Assembly (NCBI GenBank): GCA_964016885.1
Contig: OZ024753.1
Location: forward strand, 30,938,001 to 31,002,000
Length of the DNA stretch: 64,000 bases
Direction: 5' to 3'
DNA from: Eledone cirrhosa
Lineage: Eukaryota
Shown in pieces: positions 1-15,025 of this stretch; the stretch's first letter is position 1; each line of letters opens with the position of its first letter. Both the position numbers and the translations under genes were made by a program. The notes below the pieces were generated by a model. That model searched no databases. It was not told where the DNA came from and saw only the letters and a list, made by a program, of their open reading frames with translations.

Positions 1-14
1 GACTGTTTATATTG

Positions 15-80
15 TATTTTGTCTGAAGATGGCATAACATATTGTTAATATGATATCCCTGAAATATATATGACGAAATA
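15..80 (+). ncRNA. Type I hammerhead-like motif, probably inactive (H17=G)
   Basis: Stem I TATTTTGT/ACGAAATA, core CTGAAGA (23-29), stem II with CATATT/AATATG hairpin, GAAA-T-ATAT-A-TG; overlapping AATAAA follows. Confidence 0.55.
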
Positions 81-117
81 AATATGGTTTTATAAATATA
101 GTTTCCATTTATTTAAT

Positions 118-120
118 ATC

Positions 121-151
<31 letters not shown>

Positions 152-153
152 AA

Positions 154-223
<70 letters not shown>

Positions 224-407
224 TATATACATATATATATATACATATATATATATACATATATATATATACATATATATATATATACATATATATATAT
301 ACATATATATATATATACATATACATATATATATATACATATATGTATATATACATATATATATATATACATATACATATATATATATACATAGATATAT
401 ACATAGA

Positions 408-447
<40 letters not shown>

Positions 448-633
448 GGAACCAGTAAGACCCCGACAGCTGAGCTCAAGCCGTTTCGACGGCTAATTCT
501 CAGAATTAGCCGTCGAAACGGCTTGAGCTCAGCTGTCGGGGTCTTACTGGTTCCTATTACCCACTCTACTACCTCAAGTATTGAGTACTTTGGTGCGTTA
601 TGGTCCACCTGGTTCCTTACCACATTTCCTTCG

Positions 634-670
<37 letters not shown>

Positions 671-671
671 G

Positions 672-766
<95 letters not shown>

Positions 767-777
767 GATATATACAT

Positions 778-850
<73 letters not shown>
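118..850. repeat. (TA)n microsatellite with TACA/TAGA interruptions, split by a palindromic element
   Basis: Direct sequence. Confidence 0.95.
445..635. mobile_element. Palindromic interspersed element: perfect 56-bp-arm hairpin 445-557 plus unique flank
   Basis: 445-500 is the reverse complement of 502-557; related copies at ~30011, ~42681, 57408-57580, ~58760. Confidence 0.75.
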
Positions 851-851
<1 letters not shown>

Positions 852-997
852 TGTTATACTTTCGGAGGGTCATGTTGCCAATAAGAAACACACGCACCAG
901 TTGCTTTCACTTCAATTTATTATATATTTATAAATTTACAAATTTATAAATTTCTGGTTGGTTGGTTGGTTCCACAACCAGATAGTTGTTTATATAT

Positions 998-1042
998 AGT
1001 CATAGTTCTTTCGTTACACACTCTGTGACCTCTTCAGTGACT
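998..1042 (-). ncRNA. Minimal type I hammerhead ribozyme (Penelope-associated type)
   Basis: Minus strand AGTCA-CTGAAGA-GGTCACAGAGTGTGTAAC-GAAA-G-AA-C-TA-TGACT; intact core, CUA triplet, stem I AGTCA/TGACT. Confidence 0.7.
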
Positions 1043-1089
1043 GGGGATTCCTTTCTTTGTCTCTGTGCCTCTCCTTTGTTCTGTCCTAC

Positions 1090-1120
<31 letters not shown>

Positions 1121-1189
1121 AAATTTTACTCTGCCATGTATTGAGTACCTTACTTACTGTGGTTATCCCCGACTCAACCCGGGACCTAC

Positions 1190-1275
<86 letters not shown>

Positions 1276-1353
1276 TTATATATATATGTATATATATATA
1301 TATAGAGAGAGAGAGAGATTACAGTAATCAAAGTTCAGTTTAAGTCATTTATT

Positions 1354-1400
1354 TGCTTACAATTGTTTCCTCCAAACCGAGGTTTGGATTCTTCGGAGCA
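1354..1400 (-). ncRNA. Hammerhead-like motif, U4C core variant
   Basis: Minus strand TGCT-CCGAAGA-ATCCAAACCTCGGTTTGGAG-GAAA-C-AATT-G-TA-AGCA then AATAAA. Confidence 0.6.
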
Positions 1401-1796
1401 GTTATTTATAACATACTTGACCTCCTTTTCAACCCAAGAGACCCATAAAACATATGTGCATATTGATCAACAGTGGGGTGACATTCATCAAATGAAATAG
1501 CATGGCAATTTACATATAAAGTGTTACATGATAAAAATAAAGTGTTACATGATAAAAATAAAATAAAATAAAAGCAAGAGTGAAAATAAAGATAAACATG
1601 AAGCGTTGGCAGTCTATGAAGATAAAGCAAGAGGAAAGCTTAGAGTAGTCAGTGCATGAAGCAATCTCCCGTGTAGCATGCACGCTTGTCTTATCTATAC
1701 ATGATTAAATCTCTCACTATTTAGGGTTTGTGTATATATAATATATTACCATCAAAGGTTTTATTGCATACATAACTATAAATAGTACCCTTAATA

Positions 1797-2095
<299 letters not shown>

Positions 2096-2260
2096 TTTAA
2101 ATTTCTTTACTTTAAAAAAAGGTGGCTCACGTAGGCTTTTTTTAAAGTGAAGAAATTCAAACACACACACACACAAGCACACAAATAAACACACATATCT
2201 TTACTTTCTTTATTCAATAGAAAATCTGAATTCTGAATTCTTTCACATTATAGATCACTA

Positions 2261-2450
2261 GGGCGGTGGATTGGCAGTATCGGTAGAGGGTCGGACGCCA
2301 TGCTTTCCAGCATAGTTACGTCCCTTTACGATCTGAGTTCAAATCCCGCCGAGGTTGACTTTGCCTTTCATCCTTACGGGGTCGATAAAATAAAGTACCA
2401 GTAATGCACTGGGTAATTGCTGGCCTTGTGCCTAAAGTAGAAACAATTAT
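2261..2450 (+). mobile_element. tRNA-derived SINE (family A)
   Basis: A-box-like TGGCAGTATCGG, B-box GAGTTCAAATCC, central GCCTTTCATCCTTACGGGGTCGATAAAATAAAGTACCAG; many copies in window. Confidence 0.85.
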
Positions 2451-3001
2451 CTTTCACTTATCAAAAAATTCTCTAAAATGGTACAGAATGGATTTCCAAA
2501 TAAGAGCACAACAATTTAATGAAAATTTGTTCACGTGACAGCCATAATTTCATTTATAACCAACCAAAAAAAAGCCTTCGTGAGCCTCCTTTTTTGAAGT
2601 AAAAAGAAATTCAAACACTCATATATGAAAAAACAACCTGCAACCCCCCCCCCCTCTTATTTGAAGAACTATTGTAACTGGCGCGAAATTTATTATAATT
2701 ATTGACAAACCAATCAAATTACTTCTCGAAAAACCTGGCATTTCGAGCCACTTTTTCCATATAAAACAAGTAACATTCAGAGACCAACCAGATGAGAAAA
2801 ACCACAGACCCTCCATCTCAACTCACCTTTTAAAAAGCAGAAGAACTGCGAAACCGGTAAAGGAACCAAATAAATATATATATTTTTTTTTAAAAATAAG
2901 ACTACAGTTGCATTTTCGATTTCATCTCTTTTTTTTTATACTTTCACTCGTGTAGGACACCTCGGTTATTTTTCATTTTGTAAAAAAAACCTCACTTTCT
3001 A

Positions 3002-6210
<3,209 letters not shown>

Positions 6211-9142
6211 CTATCTAAGGCGGGTAAAATTCCCGAGATCCATGGACGAGTTCTCCCCAGCGGTCTCTGTCCCTCATTATTGCTGCTATGTCCTGCATCT
6301 CCAACAGACTAGTGTCTGTCCTTAGGGCATCAACATATGTTAACCTTGGTCTTTCTCTTCTAGTGTGTCCATGTAGGGGCTCTCAAAGGAGTGCTGAGTG
6401 CAATGTCAACTCTGGATGTCGGTGAGCATGTCCAGCTAACCTCAGTCTCCTCTGTGTCACTTTTGAGCTGACTTTTGGGATGCTCCCATACAGCTCTGAG
6501 TTTTTCATCCTCAGTGTATACTGATTAATGTTCAGAGCCATCCTCTGCCTCCTTCACTGTATTTGTCACCAAAACTATGTCGTCGGCAAATTCAGCATCC
6601 GATACCTTTTTCGCCCTAACTCTCCTGCTCTGAGCCGGTGCTACAGTAAAGCCAGAGTCCTGGTGTTTCTCCAGTGCAAGGCGCATACAATAGTCCACCT
6701 CGATGATAAAAAGGTAGGGAGCCAATGTATCTCCCTGGAGCACTCCAGCCAGTATCTCAAAGAACTCTGTCATCCCATCAAGTGTAATGACTTGGGCTTT
6801 GGTGTTGGTGTAGAGCAGTGATATCAGGTCCACTATCTTCTTGGGGATTCCATAAGCCTGTAAGATCTTCATCAGACAGTAACGGTCCACAGAATCAAAG
6901 GCCTTCCTAAAGTCAATGAAAACCATGACCGCAGGAAGGCACTTTGCTCTAACTCCCTCTAATATCCTCCTCAGAATCAGGATGTGACTGGTGGTTGATC
7001 TACCCTCTCTGAAGCCGTTCTGGTTGTCCCTGAGCTTCTTCTCCATCTTAGGCTGGATCCTGTTAAGAATCATCCTGTTGAGGGTCTTTGCCACAAGTGA
7101 CGTCAGTGAGATCCCCCGGTAGTTGTTGGTGTTAGAGAGATCTCCCTTCTTTGGCACTGGGACGATGTTACTGATCCTCCACTGATTCGGGGCAACTCCT
7201 TTCTCCAGTGCCCCGTTACAGAACCCCAGGATGATATCATCAAAATCACACCTCTTCATCACCTCTGATGCCACTCCATCTTCTCCATGAGCCTTGCCCT
7301 CCTTGATCCTCTTCTTGGCTCTCTGAAGCTCCTCTCTGGTGAAGGGCTCTGTCTCAACATCCAGTTCCTCAAACAGCCGCCTGATCTCCCCAGTGCTCTG
7401 GGCTGTGGAGGGTGGCTCTCCTACTAGGGCCCTAAAATGGTCTAGCCATTTCCTCTTCCTATCCTCGGGCCCCGTTCCCTGGATCTGACTCGAACACCTT
7501 CTCTTCCTCCCTGTGATCTCGTTGATGATCATCCAGCTCTCCTTACATCCAGATCTGTCAACCGCTCTCTCCACACTTCTGATCTTCTCTATCAGTGCCT
7601 CCTCTCTGACCTCAGTGTAAGCGGTACAGAGCTCTTCCCTCATCACCTCCACAGTCTCCATCCTCTCCTCCGTAGGATCAGCATAGAATTGATCCCTGGC
7701 AGCTTTCAGGTGTTCTCTGGCTGCACACACTTTTGGGTTTGCAGAGCTGACGTGCTTCCCTTTGTTCTTTTTCCTCGGCACCAGGGTTTCACTTGCTTCC
7801 GCCACTGCATTGGTGAAGTGCGCGTACCTCCTCGTCACACTCTCCCCAGTCCATCCAATCTCTCTCTCCTCCGACTCTCCACACAGAGCACTAAACCTGT
7901 TTCTCACTTCCACTGTGAACCTCTCCTGTAGCTTATCATCTTCCTTGAAAGCTCCCCAGTCATAGATTGTTCTCCGGGGCTGAGCCTTGCTCTTTCTTAA
8001 GCTCACGCGGACCTCACTCATAACAAGCCGGTGGTCACTACCCAGTGTACTGAAATAGCTGTATGGTTCCGTGTTCAGAACACTATTCCGCCACTTTTTC
8101 CTCACCAGAATGAAATCAATCTGGGACTTGGACAGGTGCATATCTGAGATGTAGGTCCACATCTTCCCCAGATTCTTCCTAAACCTTAGGTTGGTCGCCA
8201 TCAAGTTCGCCTCCAGCAGGGTGTCTCTCAGTAGTCTTCCATTTCGGTTGGTGTTGTTATGGAAGTACCAGCAAGGATCTTCACTGCCCTCCTTACTCAG
8301 ATGTGCATTGAAGTCCCCCAAAACAAGCAGGATATTGTGTGCCTGAGTGGTGTTGACAGCTCTCAACACCTCCTCATGGAAATCTTCCGCATTCACATCA
8401 CTGTCCCCCTCGGTTGGACTATAGGCTGAGATGACTGTCAGTCTTGGGTTTCCATTGAAGGTCACCCTCAACACTCGCGGGGAGATAGGCATTATTTCCC
8501 TCACCAACAGATTGGTTTTTGCACTGAACACAAAACCCACTCCTCCTACTGCAGCATTTGTTGTGTTCTTCACTGCCGATGTAGTGATGAGCTGGCTTCT
8601 CTTCCCGATCATCACACTCCTCACGGGCTCATCGTGTAGAATCCTGTGTTCTTGGATCGCAAGAATCTGTATACCACTCTCATCGAACAGATGTCCCAAC
8701 TCCTCTCTCTTCTCCAGCGTCCGAATAGTCCTCACATTCAAAGTGCCCATTTTGATGGCTCTTCTGCAGGACAAAACTGCATTCTTTATATTTGTCTCAG
8801 AGACAGCTGATCCATCATCCACTGGCCCTCTCTGTGGCTCTAAGCCAGCAGAGTCATAACGACCAGGCTGCTCCTTGAGAGTGTAATTAGGGGCTTTAAC
8901 CCTAGTGCTGTTAGATCGACTGTCCATATTTCTTTTCAATGGCTGACAATACCTTACCGGCGCCACTCGAATAAGGTAGTTATTTAACCCATAAATGGAG
9001 CCCTAACAGGTACTACCACCCCGGGCCAGGGCAGACCTGGGAGTCATGACAACTAATGGGTAACTCCACATTCCCCACATCTCCTGAACTCCCGAACTGG
9101 AGCCTTGCCACTGGATGTAGTTTAATGTCATACCCAGGACAT
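6211..9142 (-). mobile_element. RTE-group non-LTR retrotransposon, near full-length 5' end, internally deleted in RT
   Basis: ORF 8966-6525 has APE endonuclease (GTLNVRT, IQEHR, GDFNAH, SDHRLV) and RT (YRGISL, FIDFRKAFDSV, GVLQGDTLAP, FADD); C-terminal remnant RLRLAGHAHRH at ~6300-6530; (TA)n on both sides. Confidence 0.93.
6525..8966 (-). pseudogene. LINE ORF: APE endonuclease + truncated reverse transcriptase
   Basis: 813-aa ORF; RT breaks shortly after FADD. Confidence 0.85.
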
Positions 9143-9143
9143 G

Positions 9144-9178
<35 letters not shown>

Positions 9179-9203
9179 ATGTATATATATATATATATAT
9201 GTG

Positions 9204-9246
<43 letters not shown>

Positions 9247-9261
9247 ATGTATATATATATA

Positions 9262-9302
<41 letters not shown>

Positions 9303-9435
9303 ATGTATATATATATATATGTGTATGTATATATATATATATATATGTGTATGTATATATATATATATATATGTGTATGTATATATATGTGTGTATGTAT
9401 ATATATATAAATATATATATATGTATATATATGTG

Positions 9436-9486
<51 letters not shown>

Positions 9487-9491
9487 GTATA
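9143..9491. repeat. (TA)n with TGTG/TATG variants between two back-to-back LINEs
   Basis: Direct sequence. Confidence 0.95.
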
Positions 9492-11920
9492 GGCAGCGGG
9501 ACAGGCAGATAGTGTCTAATACCAAGGCATACCCTGGGGAAGAATGTACCCCACAGCATAGGTTAGTTGTTAGTGATATCTCAGTAAGCAAGAGATGGAA
9601 TGAGACATATAGGAAGGTGTGGAGAAGAAAGGTCTGGAAGCTAAAAGACCTTTCACTAAAATTCAAATTTAGGAAAGCCCTTCAAGATGTATATGACGAA
9701 AAAGAAGACGATTTAGAGACGTATGACATAGATAATAACTGGAAGTTCTTACGTGACAACTTGCTGCAGGCTACTGATGAAACCTGTGGCTGGAGCAGAG
9801 CTCCAACCAGACAGAGAGTGACCTGGTGGTGGAACAGCACAGTAGATAAGGCTATTAGAGACAAAAGACTAGCATGGAAGGCTTGGAAAAAGGGTGGGAG
9901 TAGGGAAGAATATACAGCCACTAAGAGAGAAGCTAGACGTCAGGTGTACTTAGCACGCAGGGAGGCAGAGAGTAGGAGGTTTGCCAATGTTCTGCGATGG
10001 GAAGATCAGAGGCGTGCGGTGTTCCACATTGCAAGGCAGTGTGTCAATGCAAATCAGGATGTTGTTGGTGATAAATGTGTCCAGGATGATGCCGGTGTAC
10101 TTAGTGTCACGAATGACCAGAAAAAGGAGGCCTGGAAATGTCATTATGAGAGACTGATGAATGTGGAGAACGAATTGGAGAGAGAGAAATTACCCTTGGT
10201 AGATCCGACAGAGGGACCAGCTATTGAGATTGACGAATATAGGGTCCAAGAGGCGATTAGGGAAATGAAAAATGGTAAGGCGGCCGGACCATCGGGAATA
10301 GTTGCTGAGATGCTGAAGGCATCAGGGGACGTAGGCACTAAACTGGTTGCACGCATCATCAATCAGGCTATATATGGTGGTGTCATACCCAAAGACTGGT
10401 GCAGCAGTATTCTCATAAATTGCTACAAAGGTAAAGGGGATGCTTTGGAGAGGAGCAATTATAGGGGTATAAAACTGATAGATCAGGTTATGAAAGTGGC
10501 AGAAAGGATTTTAGCACAACTAATTAGAGAAAGGGTCAAACTAGATGAGATGCAGTTTGGTTTTGTGCCTGGGAAGAGTACAACAGATGCCCTCTTCTTG
10601 GTGAGACAAATGAAAGAGAGGTTCTTAGAGAAGAATAAGCCACTATACTTAGCCTTTGTTGACCTAGAGAAGGCCTTTGATAGGGTACCCCGATCTGTCA
10701 TCTGGTGGTCCCTAAGGAAGCTGGGTGTTGAGGAATGGCTTGTGAGGACAGTGCAAACTTTGTACAGAGGTACGCTCAGTAAAGTCAGGGTAGGAATGGA
10801 GTTTAGTGAGGAATTCCAGATACAAGTAGGAGTACATCAGGGTTCGGTCCTCAGCCCGCTCTTGTTCATTATAGTCCTCCAAGCCATAACAGAGGAGTTT
10901 AAGACTGGCTGTCCATGGGAACTTCTCTATGCTGACGATCTGGCTCTTATGGCAGAATCAGTAGAGGAGCTAGAGAATAAATTCTGGCTATGGAAACAGC
11001 AGTTGGAAGCAAGAGGACTGAGAGTAAATCTAGCTAAGTGTTGATGAGTAGAAAAGAGGACAAAACCCTGATTCCGTCAGGGAAATGGCCATGTTCGATA
11101 TGCAGAAAAGGAACTGGCATAAATTCTATAAAATGCACACAAAGCAGGTCCTGGGTACACAAGAGATGTAGCGGGATAGCAGGCAAACTAACAGGTAGGG
11201 AGAAATATGTATGCAGTAGATGTACAGGGAAATTAGACAGTAGAAGTCGCACTGATAGACACATTTTTCAAATGCGAGAGGGCACTATAGAAGTGGTGGA
11301 TAGCTTCTGGTACCTAGGAGATCAGATTAGCATGGGAGGAGGGTGTTCCGAGGCCATAGTATCTAGAATAAGGACGGGTTGGAAGAAGTTTAGGGAGCTG
11401 CTTCCTCTGTTGACGAAGAAGGGTTTCTCCCTGCGTACGAAAGGCCGGTTGTATGATGCCTGTGTGAGGAGCGCGATGCTGCATGGTAGTGAGACATGGG
11501 CAGCAACCGCAGAGGATATGCGACGGCTGGAGAGAAATGAGGCAAGCATGCTCCGTTGGATGTGCAGTGTAAATGTGCGTGAATGACCCAGTATAAATGT
11601 GTTGAGAGAGAAACTGTGTCTGAGAGGGATAGAATGTAGTGTGCGAGAGAGGAGACTGAGGTGGTATGGACATGTGATGCGCATGGAGGATGACCGATGG
11701 GTGAAGAAGTGCCAGGAAATGCCAGTTGAAGGAAGACGTGGTAGAGGTAGACCACGAAAAACATGGGCGGAGGTGGTGAGAACAGACCTCAAATCATTGA
11801 AGCTCACAGTGGAGATGACGAGGGACCGTGACGAGTGGAGAGATGCTGTGCTGAATAAGACCCGTCCCACCCTTGCAAGCAGGGAAAAGCAGACGTAAAA
11901 TGATGATGATGATGATGATG
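9492..11920 (+). mobile_element. RTE LINE copy 1 (5'-truncated, PHD-finger-containing family), (GAT)n tail
   Basis: End of APE (QHRLVV), RT motifs ([26 protein letters not shown]), RLRWYGHV; 7-bp deletion frameshift at ~11037; CGA>TGA stop at 11584; tail (TGA)n. Confidence 0.95.
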
Positions 11921-12879
<959 letters not shown>

Positions 12880-12880
<1 letters not shown>

Positions 12881-13097
12881 AAGACAGTCCACGCTGTAAT
12901 GTGGCCGTGTAGGCAACACGGTAAAAACCTCCCAGCCCCACACTGTAAATGTGGTTGGTGTTAGGAAGGGCATCCAGCTGTAGAAAACCCGCCAGACAGT
13001 CCTATGCGAGCAAGACAACCACTCTTGCCTCAAGTGGGAAAACCCCCGTCCAAACCCATGCAAGCGTGGAACAGGGACGTTAAACGATGATGATGAT
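12880..13097 (+). mobile_element. Non-autonomous RTE-related retroposon, (GAT)n tail
   Basis: GGTTGGTGTTAGGAAGGGCATCCAGCTGTAGAAA block and an RTE-like 3' end (CCCATGCAAGCGTGGAA...GGACGTTAAACGATGATGAT); near-identical inverted copy at 21779-22220. Confidence 0.75.
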
Positions 13098-13228
13098 ATC
13101 AAGCGTTAACCTAATATATCCCTTCCATATACTGTACCGATTGTGTTATTTCTGTTTACCTTTTACATATATATATATATATAGTGACGAAACATAAGTC
13201 AATTGCATGAACTCATAATCCTTTATTT

Positions 13229-13286
13229 ACTGCTATATATATATTTCGATGATAGCCATTGAATGGCTATGACCTCATCAGGCAGT
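13229..13286 (-). ncRNA. Type I hammerhead ribozyme, intact
   Basis: Minus strand ACTGC-CTGATGA-GGTCATAGCCATTCAATGGCTATCATC-GAAA-TATATATA-TA-GCAGT-AAATAAA; canonical core, AUA triplet. Confidence 0.8.
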
Positions 13287-13426
13287 TAGTCAGTTCTTAG
13301 ATATGCCAGCTGATGGTATCAGAGCCTTGGGATATATATATATATATATATAATTTATTTATGATAAAATGTTAAAGTCAGTCCCGAACCCTACGATTTG
13401 TTCAGCCTTCATGACGTTTATTGATT

Positions 13427-13511
13427 GGTGACGCGCGTTTCGCTACTGATCAGCTCAAGGTTCGATTTGTATCGATCTGGCCCGACTCTAGAATCAAAAG
13501 CTCGTCGGACC
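13427..13511 (-). ncRNA. Hammerhead-like motif with long stem II, U4C variant
   Basis: Minus strand GGT-CCGACGA-GC...CCTTGAGCTGATCAGTAGC-GAAA-C-GCGC-G-TC-ACC then AATAAA; shares sequence with the 19047 copy. Confidence 0.55.
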
Positions 13512-13689
13512 TCTGTTGTAGTAATGACACAATTCTGTCATTCTCTCTACATTTTGTTGGATGTGGCGCAATCTCTGTTGCTAGCTAGCTCTCCACGTCT
13601 GAAGCATGTTGGAATCTGAGTTTCGCAGCATAGCTGCGTGGCGATAGAAAGAGTGGCAAGCATCATTTAGTATAGACTTGAATCACCTC

Positions 13690-13920
13690 AAGCCTACTAA
13701 AAGAAATTGGGTAGACCGAAGCTGTGTAGAAGCCCGTCAAATGGAATATATCTGTAATTCATAGGGCCAAACGTGTTACACGCTGTGTAGCGCTAAGCCT
13801 GTCCGAGAGTCGCGTTAAGGGTATGTATACATGTGTGTAGAATGCTCAGTTACTTGCAATCTCACGAGAACGCTGTTGATCGAAAAACTGGGACACTCAT
13901 CGTAGAATCAACGGAAGTCC
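13690..13920 (+). mobile_element. Old interspersed repeat, homologous to ~44460-44670
   Basis: Shared blocks GAAATTGG..GAAGC, TTAAGGGTA, GATCGAA.AACTGG.ACACTCAT. Confidence 0.5.
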
Positions 13921-14315
13921 ACCCTCCCCTCCCTCCACATAGAACTCGCAGCGACATTCCACTCGTCCAGCTGTTACCCTTTTAAAAATAAGCGATGCTA
14001 ACTTTATGCCTTGTAAACTGAGTGATCTAAACTAGTAACAACTGCTTCGACAGTTTTCAGATAGTATTGCACTGTTCTTTTGTAATGATTGGCAACAGCT
14101 GTTTCAACAAAGCACCAGAGACAATCTATAATAAGTCACGCTCTCAAAAGGTCATTGGAATAATCATCTTTGATTACATAAATAACAGCAACTCACTCAC
14201 CGAGTGCTTGACCAGCAAACCTCAGCCAGAGCGCAGCAGACACATTGGAGAAGGGGTTCACAATGGTAGTACTAGAGCTCCTCAAATATAGCATTATGGT
14301 CTTCAAAGATAGAAC

Positions 14316-15025
14316 TGGGGGAATGTAATGATAGTACTGGGGTTCTGTATTGGTATTACTAGAGGTATGTATTGGTAGTACTGGGGGAATGTGTTGATAG
14401 TACTGGAGGTATGTATTGGTAGTACTGGGGGAATGTGTTGATAGTACTGGAGGTATGTATTGATAGTACTGGAGGTATGTATTGGTAGTACTGGGGGTAT
14501 GTATTGGTAGTACTGGAGGTATGTATTGGTAGTACTGGAGGTATGTATTGATAGTACTGGAGGTATGTATTGGTAGTACTGGGGGTATGTATTGGTAGTA
14601 CTGGAGGTATGTATTGGTAGTACTGGAGGTATGTATTGGTAGTACTGGAGGTATGTATTGGTAGTACTGGAGGTATGTATTGGTAGTACTGGGGGTATGT
14701 ATTGGTAGTACTGGAGGTATGTATTGATAGTACTGGGGGTATGTATTGGTAGTACTGGGGGTATGTATTGGTAGTACTGGAGGTATGTATTGGTAGTACT
14801 GGGGGTATGTATTGGTAGTACTGGGGGTATGTATTGGTAGTACTGGAGGTATGTATTGGTAGTACTGGAGGTATGTATTGGTAGTACTGGGGGTATGTAT
14901 TGGTAGTACTGGAGGTATGTATTGGTAGTACTGGAGGTATGTATTGGTAGTACTGGAGGTATGTATTGGTAGTACTGGAGGTATGTATTGGTAGTACTGG
15001 GGGTATGTATTGGTAGTACTGGAGG
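14316..15025. repeat. 22-bp minisatellite (GTATGTATTGGTAGTACTGG[A/G]G), ~32 copies
   Basis: Head-to-tail units, degenerating toward the left end. Confidence 0.95.

Noticed and set aside
2261-2350. tRNA genes at SINE heads
   Set aside because: A/B boxes present but no cloverleaf; they continue into SINE body and tail
9056-9491. Apparent N-terminal extension of the 662-aa RT ORF
   Set aside because: Chance read-through from the antisense 5' UTR of the neighbouring LINE and TA repeat into a 5'-truncated RTE
14061-14150. Possible orphan exon (TTTTCAG...AAG/GT)
   Set aside because: No recognisable protein motif, weak donor and no partner exons
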